Shown in pieces: positions 39,030 to 47,425 of a DNA stretch of 64,000 nt. A program made the position numbers and the translations under genes. Positions within the stretch are counted from its first letter, which is position 1, and every line of letters begins with the position of its first letter. The notes under the pieces were generated by a model. It made no database searches. It worked only from the letters and a program-made list of their open reading frames with translations, and had not been told where the DNA came from. The DNA lies in the NCBI GenBank assembly GCA_045807245.1, contig JBJMHS010000036.1, positions 303 through 64,302 of the forward strand, given 5' to 3'. The stretch is from Actinomycetales bacterium (lineage in GTDB: Bacteria > Actinomycetota > Actinomycetes > Actinomycetales > CAVURS01).

Positions 39030-39839
39030 CTAGCTGGCCTGCTGGTCGTCTTCGCTGTGGCTGTCCTCGGGGCGCTCGGGCTCGGGCAGAGGGGCGGTCG
39101 GGCGCTGGCCGGGTGCCTGTCCGCGAACGGTCGTCGGCTCGGGGGCCTTGCCCTTCTTGGCCGCCGCGAGCCGCTCCTTCATGGTCGCGGCGTAGATGTC
39201 GACGTACTCCTGGCCGGACAGCTCCATCAGGCGGTACATGACCTCGTCGGTGATCGACCGGAGGATGAAGCGGTCGTCCTCCATGCCCTCGTACCGCCTG
39301 AAGTCCATCGGCTCACCGATCTTGACGCCGATCCGGACGATCTTCGGGATCCTGCGCCCGATCGGCTGCGCCTTGTCGGTGCCGACCATGGCCACCGGCA
39401 GGACCGGCACGAGCCCCTCGAGGGCCATCCGGGCCACACCGGTCTTGCCGCGGTAGAGCCGGCCGTCGGGCGAGCGCGTGCCCTCGGGGTAGATGCCGAG
39501 CAGGTCGCCGCGGTTCAGCACGCGCATCCCCGTGCGCAGGGCCGCGTCACCGGCCCGGCCACCGGAGCGGTCGATGGGCAGCTGGTCGAGCAGCTTGAAG
39601 AACAGCGCGGTCAGGCGGCCCTTCGCGCCCGGCGTCGTGAAGTAGTCCGCCTTGGCGAGGAACGTGACGCGGCGGTCCAGCACCAGCGGCAGGAACACCG
39701 AGTCGGAGAAGGACAGGTGGTTGCTGGCCAGGATGGCGCCGCCGGACTCGGGGATGTTCTCCGCGCCTTCGACCCACGGCCGGAAGAGCAGGCGCAGCAC
39801 CGGCCCGAGCACGACCGACTTCATCAGCCAGTAGAACAC
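39030..39839 (-). CDS. plsC: 1-acylglycerol-3-phosphate acyltransferase (PlsC family)
   Basis: ASNHLSFSDS (HxxxxD), FLAK, IYPEGTRS. Confidence 0.88.
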   Translation of the reverse strand: MFYWLMKSVVLGPVLRLLFRPWVEGAENIPESGGAILASNHLSFSDSVFLPLVLDRRVTFLAKADYFTTPGAKGRLTALFFKLLDQLPIDRSGGRAGDAALRTGMRVLNRGDLLGIYPEGTRSPDGRLYRGKTGVARMALEGLVPVLPVAMVGTDKAQPIGRRIPKIVRIGVKIGEPMDFRRYEGMEDDRFILRSITDEVMYRLMELSGQEYVDIYAATMKERLAAAKKGKAPEPTTVRGQAPGQRPTAPLPEPERPEDSHSEDDQQAS

Positions 39840-39948
39840 CCGCCACACCTCCCTTGACCAGCCAAGCACGTGTGGTCACGCTCCGAGAACTGTAGGCCGT
39901 CTGGGCCGACTCTCGACCATCCGCTGGCGCGCATGGGACCATCGGGGT

Positions 39949-40707
39949 GTGCCCGTCCTCCCCGGCGCCGAGCCGTTCAGCCACGACGTCGCAGGACCCG
40001 GTGGCGAGACCGGCGTGCTGCTCAGCCACGGCTTCACCGGCTCGCCGCAGAGCATGCGTCCGTGGGCCGAACACCTGGCGTCCGAAGGCTTCAGCGTCCG
40101 GCTGCCCCGGCTGCCCGGTCACGGCACGTCCTGGCCCGAGCTCAACCGGACCCGGTTCGAGGACTGGTACGCCACGATCCAGCAGGCCTTCGACGAGCTC
40201 AAGCAGCGATGCTCCACGGTCGTCGTCGGGGGCCTGTCGATGGGCGGGACCCTCGTGACGAAGCTCGCCGAGGACCGGGGCGCGGAGGTCGCGGGCATCA
40301 TGGTCGTCAACCCGGCGTTCCGGTTCGAGGACTGGCGGCTCGTGGCCCTGCCCGCTCTCAAGTGGGTGGTTCCCGCCACGCCCGCGATCGGCAACGACAT
40401 CCGCAAGGAGGGCGTCGAGGAGCTGGCCTACCCCAAGACACCACTCAAGGCGTTGCACTCGTTGGTGAAGGCGTGCGCGGTCGTGGTCCACGACCTGCCG
40501 AGCGTGACCCAGCCTCTGTTGCTGATGCGTTCGGCCGAGGACCACGTCGTACCGGCCAGCGGCTCCGCCTTGATGCTCTCGCGGGTGTCGAGCAAGGACG
40601 TGACGGAGGTCGTGCTGGAGAACAGTTACCACGTGGCAACTCTCGACAACGACGCTCCGCAGATCTTCGAGATGTCGGCCAAGTTCGTCCGCCAGGTGAC
40701 GGCATGA
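39949..40707 (+). CDS. Alpha/beta hydrolase (carboxylesterase/monoacylglycerol lipase-like)
   Basis: HGFTGSP, LPGHGT, GLSMGG nucleophile elbow, DHVV, SYHVATLD. Confidence 0.88.
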   Translation: MPVLPGAEPFSHDVAGPGGETGVLLSHGFTGSPQSMRPWAEHLASEGFSVRLPRLPGHGTSWPELNRTRFEDWYATIQQAFDELKQRCSTVVVGGLSMGGTLVTKLAEDRGAEVAGIMVVNPAFRFEDWRLVALPALKWVVPATPAIGNDIRKEGVEELAYPKTPLKALHSLVKACAVVVHDLPSVTQPLLLMRSAEDHVVPASGSALMLSRVSSKDVTEVVLENSYHVATLDNDAPQIFEMSAKFVRQVTA

Positions 40708-41228
40708 GCGACGAGCAGCGCCCCGAGGGCTCCGAGGGCCGCGGGCCGCTGGACGTCGAGGCCGCGTTCGCGGACATCGTGGCCCACTGGGACGACACGA
40801 GCCGTACGCCGATCGGCAGCTGGCCGGCGCAGGAGGACATCCCTCCGATCATCATCGGCGACGACCTGACCGACGACACCGAAGAGCTGCCCGATGTGGC
40901 GAGCCGTGGGGCGGTGTCGTCGTACGACGTTCCGCTGGTCCCGACCGACTGGGCGCCGCGGCTGGAGGAGCCGGCCGAGGAGCCCGATGGGTTCGTGCCG
41001 CCGGAGCCGCCACCGCTGCCTCGCGGCGACCTGGTGGGATGGCTGGCCTGGACGGCCGTCATCGGCGGCCCCTTGTTCCTGCTGCTCGCCTCCCAGGTCT
41101 GGACCGACATCGGCCGGATCTGGATCATGCTCGCCGTCCTGGCGTTCATCGGCGGGTTCGCGGCGATCGTGGCTCGGTTGCCGAACTCGCGCAACGAGGA
41201 CGACCCGGACGACGGCGCGGTCGTCTAG
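40704..41228 (+). CDS. Conserved hypothetical membrane protein
   Basis: DVEAAFADIVA, FVPPEPPPLP, two TM helices, DDGAVV C-terminus; ATGA overlap. Confidence 0.75.
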   Translation: MSDEQRPEGSEGRGPLDVEAAFADIVAHWDDTSRTPIGSWPAQEDIPPIIIGDDLTDDTEELPDVASRGAVSSYDVPLVPTDWAPRLEEPAEEPDGFVPPEPPPLPRGDLVGWLAWTAVIGGPLFLLLASQVWTDIGRIWIMLAVLAFIGGFAAIVARLPNSRNEDDPDDGAVV

Positions 41229-41253
41229 CCGGCGGATCTGGAAGTGTGGGCCC

Positions 41254-42531
41254 GTGCACTCCGAAACCGTCGAGATCCGCGGTCACCTGCTCGACACCGG
41301 CGTCCTGACCCGCTGCGTCGACGACGTCCTGTCGTTGGGCGGCGACTACGTCATCGAGAAGTTCACCGTCGGACGCGACCACGACGACGAGTCGTATGCG
41401 CGAATCCGGATCGACACCGCCGACCAAGGGCTCTTGGACTCGATCCTCATGCGGCTGAACGCCCACGGGGTCAACCTCACCGACCCCGGTGAGGCACGGA
41501 CCCGGGTCGTCGACCGGGACGGCGTCTTCCCCGATGACTTCTACTCGACCACGAACCTCGACACGCAGGTGCGGCTCGACGGGCACTGGCTCGATGTCGA
41601 GCAGCCGGAGATGGACTGTGGCCTGGTCGTGACCGGTGCCGGCGCGGAGACCCGGGTGCGCACGGTGCCGGTGAGCGACGTGAAGGTCGGCGACCGGGTG
41701 GTGTGCGGTCCCGCCGGCGTCCGGGTGCTGATGTCGCCGACGGTCCCCGGCCCTGAGGACACCCAAGTCTTCGAGTTCATGAACTCCGAGGTCTCGAGCG
41801 AGAAGCCGCAGGCGCTCATCGTGCACCAGGTCGCGGACGAGATGCGGGCCACGAAGGCTGCCGGCAAGCGCGTGCTGTGGGTCGCCGGGCCAGCCGTCGT
41901 GCACACCGGGGCGGCACCCGCCATGGTCGCCTTGGTCGAGGCCGGGTACGTCGACGTGCTGTTCGGCGGCAACGCGATCGCCACGCACGACATCGAGTCG
42001 TCGCTGTACGGCACGTCGCTCGGGATCGACCTGTCCAAGGGCCGGGGCGTCGAGCACGGTCACGAGCACCACATCCGCGCGATCAACGCTGTACGGCGGG
42101 CCGGCTCGATCGCTGACGCGGTGAAGCACGGTGTGCTGACGGGCGGGGTCATGCACGCGCTGGTCGTGCACGACAAGCCGTTCGTCCTGGTGGGGTCGGT
42201 GCGCGACGACGGGCCGCTGCCGGACGTGTACACCGACGTCATCGAGGGGCAGCGCGCGATGCGGGCCGAGCTGAACGACGTCGGCTTCGCGATCATGGTC
42301 GCGACCATGCTGCACTCGGTCGCGACCGGGAACCTGCTCCCGGCGTCCATCCCGCTGGTCTGCGTCGATATCAACCCGGCGACCGTGACCAAGCTCGCGG
42401 ACCGCGGCTCGTCGCAGGCTCGCGGCGTCGTCACCGACATCGGGCTGTTCCTCGAGCAGCTCGCCGGCGAGCTCACCCCGGGCTGGCGCGACCGATCCGC
42501 AGATCGGCAACGACCGGCAGGTGATCGGTAG
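41254..42531 (+). CDS. TIGR00300-family protein (LOR/SDH-like; ornithine cyclodeaminase-type domain)
   Basis: GHLLDTG, PDDFYSTTN, EMDC, FEFMNSEVSSEKP, GNAIATHDIE, GSVRDDGPLP, MLHSVATGN, KLADRGS. Confidence 0.8.
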   Translation: MHSETVEIRGHLLDTGVLTRCVDDVLSLGGDYVIEKFTVGRDHDDESYARIRIDTADQGLLDSILMRLNAHGVNLTDPGEARTRVVDRDGVFPDDFYSTTNLDTQVRLDGHWLDVEQPEMDCGLVVTGAGAETRVRTVPVSDVKVGDRVVCGPAGVRVLMSPTVPGPEDTQVFEFMNSEVSSEKPQALIVHQVADEMRATKAAGKRVLWVAGPAVVHTGAAPAMVALVEAGYVDVLFGGNAIATHDIESSLYGTSLGIDLSKGRGVEHGHEHHIRAINAVRRAGSIADAVKHGVLTGGVMHALVVHDKPFVLVGSVRDDGPLPDVYTDVIEGQRAMRAELNDVGFAIMVATMLHSVATGNLLPASIPLVCVDINPATVTKLADRGSSQARGVVTDIGLFLEQLAGELTPGWRDRSADRQRPAGDR

Positions 42532-43204
42532 CCAGGGCGAGGTCGACCGGGTCGACGTCGTCATCCGGGCCAGGCACGCGCACCGCCTCGACCTCGATGC
42601 CCGCGGAGACGAGCACCGCGTCGATCCGCTGCCGAGGCGCGCGAGCCGGGAAGGTCGGTGCCCCCAGGGGAGCCGAGTCACCCACCAGCTGGCCGAGCTC
42701 GCCCCAGGCCGCCCCCTCCGGCGGCTCGTTCAGGTCGCCGGCCACGACGTAGGGTGCCGGCCCGAACGCGCGCAGGGCCGACACAACGGCCCGCGCGTGC
42801 GCCCGGCGCTCGTCCGGCAGCAGGCTCAGATGCACACTCGCGACGGTGACCGACGGGCCGCCCGGCACGCCCACCACCGCCGCCGCCCAACCCCGCCGAC
42901 GGGTCAGCAGTCCCCTCACCGGCAACCGGCCGGCACCCGACGTGCGCTGGTCGATCCGCAGGGAGGTGAGCACCGCCGTACCGCCTGTCGGCTGCGCGCC
43001 GCCGGACCACAACATCCGGCAGGCGTCCGCGAGCGCGCCCACGCGATGCCCGCCGAACAGCCGGCGGGGCACCTCCTGCAGGCACGCGACGTCCGGAGCC
43101 ACCGCGCTGATGACCCGCACCAAGGCATCGACGTCGTCCTTGAGGTCGCGCACGTTGTAGGTCAGGACCCGGATCCGGTCCGGGCCGGCGGGTCGCGACG
43201 CCAT
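42473..43204 (-). CDS. Endonuclease/exonuclease/phosphatase family protein
   Basis: LTYNV, CLQEVP, AGDLNE, RIDAV, TDHLPV. Confidence 0.85.
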   Translation of the reverse strand: MASRPAGPDRIRVLTYNVRDLKDDVDALVRVISAVAPDVACLQEVPRRLFGGHRVGALADACRMLWSGGAQPTGGTAVLTSLRIDQRTSGAGRLPVRGLLTRRRGWAAAVVGVPGGPSVTVASVHLSLLPDERRAHARAVVSALRAFGPAPYVVAGDLNEPPEGAAWGELGQLVGDSAPLGAPTFPARAPRQRIDAVLVSAGIEVEAVRVPGPDDDVDPVDLALATDHLPVVADLRIGRASPG

Positions 43205-43213
43205 GTCGAGCCC

Positions 43214-44347
43214 CTACCAGGCCCGGCGGTGCGGCCGGGACTTGCGGCGGCGGAAGATCCGCGTATGCTCTCGCGCCAGGTCGGCGGCACCGATCAGGCC
43301 CGCCTCGTTGCCCAGCCGGGCCCGTACGACGCGCGCTTCCGGCCGGAAGCCGCGGCCGGTGAGCTGACGCCGGTACGCCGTTCGTGCTGGCCCGATAAGA
43401 ACGTCACCGGCTTCGGAGACTCCACCGCCGATGATGAAGCCACCGGGGTCGAACGCCGCGGCCAGGTTGGCCAGCCCGATGCCGAGCCACTGACCCACCT
43501 CGTCGAACAGCTCGATCGCTGCCGGGTCCCCGGCCAGAGCGGCATCGGCCACGATCGGACCGGTCAGTCGTGACGGGTCTCCCTCCACGCGCTCGAGCAG
43601 GCCCTGCGCGACCGGCGAGTCGGCCTGGGCCAGCTCCTTGGCCTCGCGCACGAGCGCGTTGCCGCTCGCGTACTGCTCCCAGCAGCCGCGGTTCCCGCAC
43701 TCGCACCGATGTCCACCCGGCACCACCTGCATGTGCCCGAACTCCCCTGCGACGCCGTACTTTCCGCGCTGCAGCTCGCCGCCGATCATGATGCTTCCGC
43801 CGATGCCCGTGCCGAGGTTGACGCAGACCAGGTCCTCCTCGCCCTGCCCGGCTCCGAACCGCCACTCGGCCCACAGCGCGGCGTTGGCGTCGTTCTCGAC
43901 GACGACGGGCAGCCGCAGCCGTTGGTGGATCGCGTCGCGCAGCGGTTCATTGCGCCATGACAAGTGTGGCGCGAACAGCACGGTGGACCGAGCTGCGTCG
44001 ACGAACCCCGCGGCCCCGATCCCGACTGCCGCGATGTCGTGCTCCGCGGCCAGCTCCGCGACCAGGTCGACGATCGTGTCCTCGACGACCTGAGGGCTCT
44101 TGCTCCGATGGGGCGTCTCGCGCCGACCGCGTTGCAGGATCCGCCCGTCGACGTCCACGACGCCGCCGGCGACCTTGGTGCCGCCGATGTCGATGCCGAT
44201 GGTCGGGCGCCGCAACAGCTGCGACAGCGGGCGGACCGGCTCGGCGTAGCGCTCGGACCGGCGTTCTGCTCGCCGCCGCTCCCGCGCCTCGGCCCACCGT
44301 TCGAGCGGCCGTTCCTCACGGGTCCTACGGCGTTCCGGCGCTGCCAT
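43214..44347 (-). CDS. glkA: ROK-family glucokinase
   Basis: IGIDIGGTK, ENDANAA, LGTGIGG, GEFGH, CECGNRGCWEQYASG. Confidence 0.88.
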   Translation of the reverse strand: MAAPERRRTREERPLERWAEARERRRAERRSERYAEPVRPLSQLLRRPTIGIDIGGTKVAGGVVDVDGRILQRGRRETPHRSKSPQVVEDTIVDLVAELAAEHDIAAVGIGAAGFVDAARSTVLFAPHLSWRNEPLRDAIHQRLRLPVVVENDANAALWAEWRFGAGQGEEDLVCVNLGTGIGGSIMIGGELQRGKYGVAGEFGHMQVVPGGHRCECGNRGCWEQYASGNALVREAKELAQADSPVAQGLLERVEGDPSRLTGPIVADAALAGDPAAIELFDEVGQWLGIGLANLAAAFDPGGFIIGGGVSEAGDVLIGPARTAYRRQLTGRGFRPEARVVRARLGNEAGLIGAADLAREHTRIFRRRKSRPHRRAW

Positions 44348-44742
44348 CAGCCGGCTGCCCCGGTGGTCTCGTCGGTGCCGTCGTCCCCCGTCACGTCGAT
44401 GTGCTGGGCCCGATCCGGGCGGCTTCGCCCGCCGCGACCCGGCGCCGCCTCCGCGTCGCCCGGCACCAGCGCACCCAGTGCGGACAGGAACGACGTCGCC
44501 GCGTCGCTGAGGTGTTCGGCGACCTCCGGGCGCGTGTTACGGAGCAAGCGCACGGCCTGGCAGATCGGGCAGACCGCGCACTCGGGCGAGTGGCCCATGC
44601 CCTCGGTCGAGCTCTCCAACCCGTCCGCGAGGCCGCGCGCCGTCGTACGCCCCTTCGCTGCCCACTCCTGGAGAGCCGCGAGCAGCCGCGCCGACTCCTC
44701 GGCGAAGCTGCCCGCACCGGTCCCGGACGACGTGTCGCTCAT
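44347..44742 (-). CDS. Conserved hypothetical protein (Rv2183c-like, CxxCPxC motif)
   Basis: ECAVCPICQAV...PEVAEHL...QHIDV; operon with arsA-like and glkA. Confidence 0.7.
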   Translation of the reverse strand: MSDTSSGTGAGSFAEESARLLAALQEWAAKGRTTARGLADGLESSTEGMGHSPECAVCPICQAVRLLRNTRPEVAEHLSDAATSFLSALGALVPGDAEAAPGRGGRSRPDRAQHIDVTGDDGTDETTGAAG

Positions 44743-45932
44743 AGTGGCCGCCACAGCGCCGGGTCCGGCTCGAACCGGACCCGCAGGCACCCGTTCCGCA
44801 CTGCCGCCCCGACCACGACGCATCGGCGCAGCGCGCTCGGCAGCGCGATGACGCGCCGGTGCCCCCCGACAAGCAGCCACAGGTCGTCGCCGCGGCGCTC
44901 CAGGTCCACGTCCGAGGCCTGGGCGAGCGGCAGGTCCAGGACCAGGACGAACTCCTGGCCGGACCGCTCCACGCGCATCGGCTCCGGCCGCTCGGTGCGC
45001 GACCAGGGTTCGGTAACCCCGGCGTACAGATCCGCGGCCAGCGCCGCCAGCTCGTCGCACCCGACCGGCTCCCCGGACCGGTACGCCGCGTGCGCGACCG
45101 GCACGGGAGCACAGGACGCCTCGACCTCGGCCAACAGCGCGCGCTGCCGCGAGGCCCAGGTCGAGCGCCAGGGGTCGTCGCCGTCCGGGAAGACACGGTT
45201 CGCCACGACGCCGTCGACGCGGTAGCCGTAGAGCGCGAGCGAGGTCAGTGTGCGGCGCGCCTCGGCCACGACGACCGCTTCCGGAGTCAGCACCAGACGC
45301 ACGGACGTGTCGCGCGCCGCCAACATCTCCTGCACGGCGCCGAGCTCGTGGTGCAGACGCTGGACCGAAGCGAAGACCGAGTCCTTCGGCAACGGCACTG
45401 CGACGGCGCGTTCGAGCACCGGGCGCGCCGTCCGCACGAGCAGCCGACCCGCCGGGAGGACCCGCTCCATGGCCCAGCGCAACGCCTCCGGCATGGCCAG
45501 CAGCCGCAACGTCTCGGCGGTCGGAGCGCAGTCGACCACCACGAGGTCCCACGGCCCGTGCTCGACCTGCTCGCGCAGCTCGAGCAGCGCCAGCACCTCC
45601 TCCGCCCCAGGCAGCATGGTCAGCTCCTCGGCCGCCACGGGGTCGCCCCCGGCGCTGTCGAGGACGTCGAGCAGGTAGTCCTGGACGTCGCCCCACCAGC
45701 GGCGGGCGCGGGCCCGTGCGTCGACCTGCTGCGCGCTCAGCCCGTCCTCGATCTCGACCGGGCGGCCGTCGACACCATCGAGCCGGACAGCCAGGGCGTC
45801 ACCGAGGGAGTGGGCCGGGTCCGTCGACAGGACAAGGGACTTCACCCCGGCCCGAGCGGCGTGGACGGCGGTTGCGGCGGCCGTGGTCGTCTTGCCGACG
45901 CCACCCTTGCCGGTGAACAGCAGTACGCGCAC
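44739..45932 (-). CDS. ArsA/GET3-family ATPase with C-terminal HSP20-like domain
   Basis: FTGKGGVGKTT, STDPAHSL, VDCAPTAETLRLL, VVANR. Confidence 0.88.
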   Translation of the reverse strand: MRVLLFTGKGGVGKTTTAAATAVHAARAGVKSLVLSTDPAHSLGDALAVRLDGVDGRPVEIEDGLSAQQVDARARARRWWGDVQDYLLDVLDSAGGDPVAAEELTMLPGAEEVLALLELREQVEHGPWDLVVVDCAPTAETLRLLAMPEALRWAMERVLPAGRLLVRTARPVLERAVAVPLPKDSVFASVQRLHHELGAVQEMLAARDTSVRLVLTPEAVVVAEARRTLTSLALYGYRVDGVVANRVFPDGDDPWRSTWASRQRALLAEVEASCAPVPVAHAAYRSGEPVGCDELAALAADLYAGVTEPWSRTERPEPMRVERSGQEFVLVLDLPLAQASDVDLERRGDDLWLLVGGHRRVIALPSALRRCVVVGAAVRNGCLRVRFEPDPALWRPL

Positions 45933-45937
45933 TTCGA

Positions 45938-46381
45938 TCAGCCCTCGACGCGCTTCTTGAGCTCGTTCAGCGCGGTCTCGATGATCACCTTCTCGGCCTT
46001 GCGGCGCAGCATCCCGAGCATCGGGATCTTCAGGTCCACCGCCAGCCGGTAGGTCACGTCGGTCGTCACACCGGTCGAACGCAGCTCGTAGGACCCCTGC
46101 ATGGCCTTGAGCATCTGGCCCTCGACCAGGTGCCACGACACCGTGCCTGAACCGTCCTGGTCGACGTCCCAGTCATAGCCGAGGGTGTAGGTGTCCTTGA
46201 TCGCGCCCGCGTCGAGCACGAACTTGACCTGCTCGGCCCACCCGTCGACGTCGGTCACGAGCGTCTCGGTCTGCTTCACCGCACCGGTCCACTCGGGGTA
46301 GGAGTCGAAGTCGGCGATGACGTCGAGGATGGCGGCCGCCGGGGCCTGGATGGTGATGCGCGACTCGGTGCGGTCGGCCAT
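45938..46381 (-). CDS. SRPBCC/START-like (polyketide cyclase) protein
   Basis: VIADFDSYPEW, KDTYTLGY, GSYEL, RKAEKVII.TAL.ELKKRVE. Confidence 0.85.
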   Translation of the reverse strand: MADRTESRITIQAPAAAILDVIADFDSYPEWTGAVKQTETLVTDVDGWAEQVKFVLDAGAIKDTYTLGYDWDVDQDGSGTVSWHLVEGQMLKAMQGSYELRSTGVTTDVTYRLAVDLKIPMLGMLRRKAEKVIIETALNELKKRVEG

Positions 46382-46451
46382 GTGCCCTCCCAGGCCGCTC
46401 GGCTGCGCGCGCCGTACGGCGTGCCGCCCGAACGTTACCGGGAGCGGGCAC

Positions 46452-46498
46452 GGGACTCGCGCCCGGCGGGTGGGTCCGGTGGCTGGGCGCGGAGTCCC
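46452..46498. terminator. Imperfect hairpin, possible terminator of the 46505-46972 gene
   Basis: gggactc-gcgcccggc ... gctgggcgc-g-gagtccc. Confidence 0.4.
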
Positions 46499-46504
46499 AC
46501 CGGG

Positions 46505-46972
46505 TCAGCCGAGGATGCGACCGAGCACACCCATGGCGGCCAGGCAGGCGCCGGACAGGACGGTCATCGCGACCGTCACGAAGACCGCGATCCGGGCCTT
46601 GGAGTCCAGGAACGGCGGGACCGTGAAGCTGTCCCGCCTGGTGTCGATGGCCAGTTGGCTGAGCAGAGCCTCCGCGGCGGCTTCGACGTCGATCCGGGCC
46701 TGGGTTGCGGCCTCGGTTTCCGCCGTTTCGCCGGTCTCCGCCACTGCAGCGGGTACGGCGGCCGGCCCGCTCACCGGAGCGGGTGGAGGTTCGGGGGCGC
46801 GCAGGACGTGCAGGCACAGCGTGCACCACTCCTGGCCGGGACGGATCGCCGCGCCACACTTCGGGCAGGTCGAGGCCGCGTCGTCCTCCGCGAACATCCT
46901 CCGGGCCGTGCCGGCGTCGGGCGTGCCGCTGCGCGCATCGCCCACGCGACGGCTCCCGGTGTAGTCGGCCAC
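46505..46972 (-). CDS. Hypothetical zinc-ribbon membrane protein
   Basis: CPKCGA..WCTLC plus C-terminal TM helix; start uncertain. Confidence 0.6.
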   Translation of the reverse strand: MADYTGSRRVGDARSGTPDAGTARRMFAEDDAASTCPKCGAAIRPGQEWCTLCLHVLRAPEPPPAPVSGPAAVPAAVAETGETAETEAATQARIDVEAAAEALLSQLAIDTRRDSFTVPPFLDSKARIAVFVTVAMTVLSGACLAAMGVLGRILG

Positions 46973-46994
46973 GCGCGACTATCGGCCATACGGG

Positions 46995-47357
46995 TCATGG
47001 ACTTGAGCGCCGTACCGGGGTTCCAGCCGTCCGCCCGGGCTCCAGAGCATCCTTGACGGCGTACACCGACCGCTTCCAGGCGAGCGCCCTGCGGCGCCGC
47101 TCCCGGCCGCCCATCGCGGCCCGGAGGTAGAAGTGGACGACCGTGCCGTCCGCCACCGGCTCGAGCCAGATCTCGGCCGTCCCCCGCAGCCCGCCCGTGA
47201 CGTCCCACTCCACCCCCTCCGCGCCCCGGTCGCGCGTGACGGTCAGTGTCAGGTCCGGCCACCATCCCCGCCAGCGCGCGGGATCGCCGGTCACGGCGGC
47301 GACATCGCGGGGCGCGGCCGCGACGTACGTGTCGTCCGAGAGGTCCTCGCCGTGCAC
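46995..47357 (-). CDS. Polyketide cyclase/dehydrase-like protein (Rv2186c-like)
   Basis: DDTYVAA, WWPDL, DRGAEGVEW, EIWLEP, HFYLR. Confidence 0.75.
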   Translation of the reverse strand: MHGEDLSDDTYVAAAPRDVAAVTGDPARWRGWWPDLTLTVTRDRGAEGVEWDVTGGLRGTAEIWLEPVADGTVVHFYLRAAMGGRERRRRALAWKRSVYAVKDALEPGRTAGTPVRRSSP

Positions 47358-47425
47358 CCGACTGATCGTGGTCGCCCTCCCTGCGCAGGTAAAGTCCTGA
47401 CCACCACCCCGACCGAGGAGACCGC

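Noticed and set aside
44739..45932. Arsenic resistance operon
   Set aside because: ArsA-like ATPase sits in the conserved SRPBCC/glkA context with no arsR/B/C
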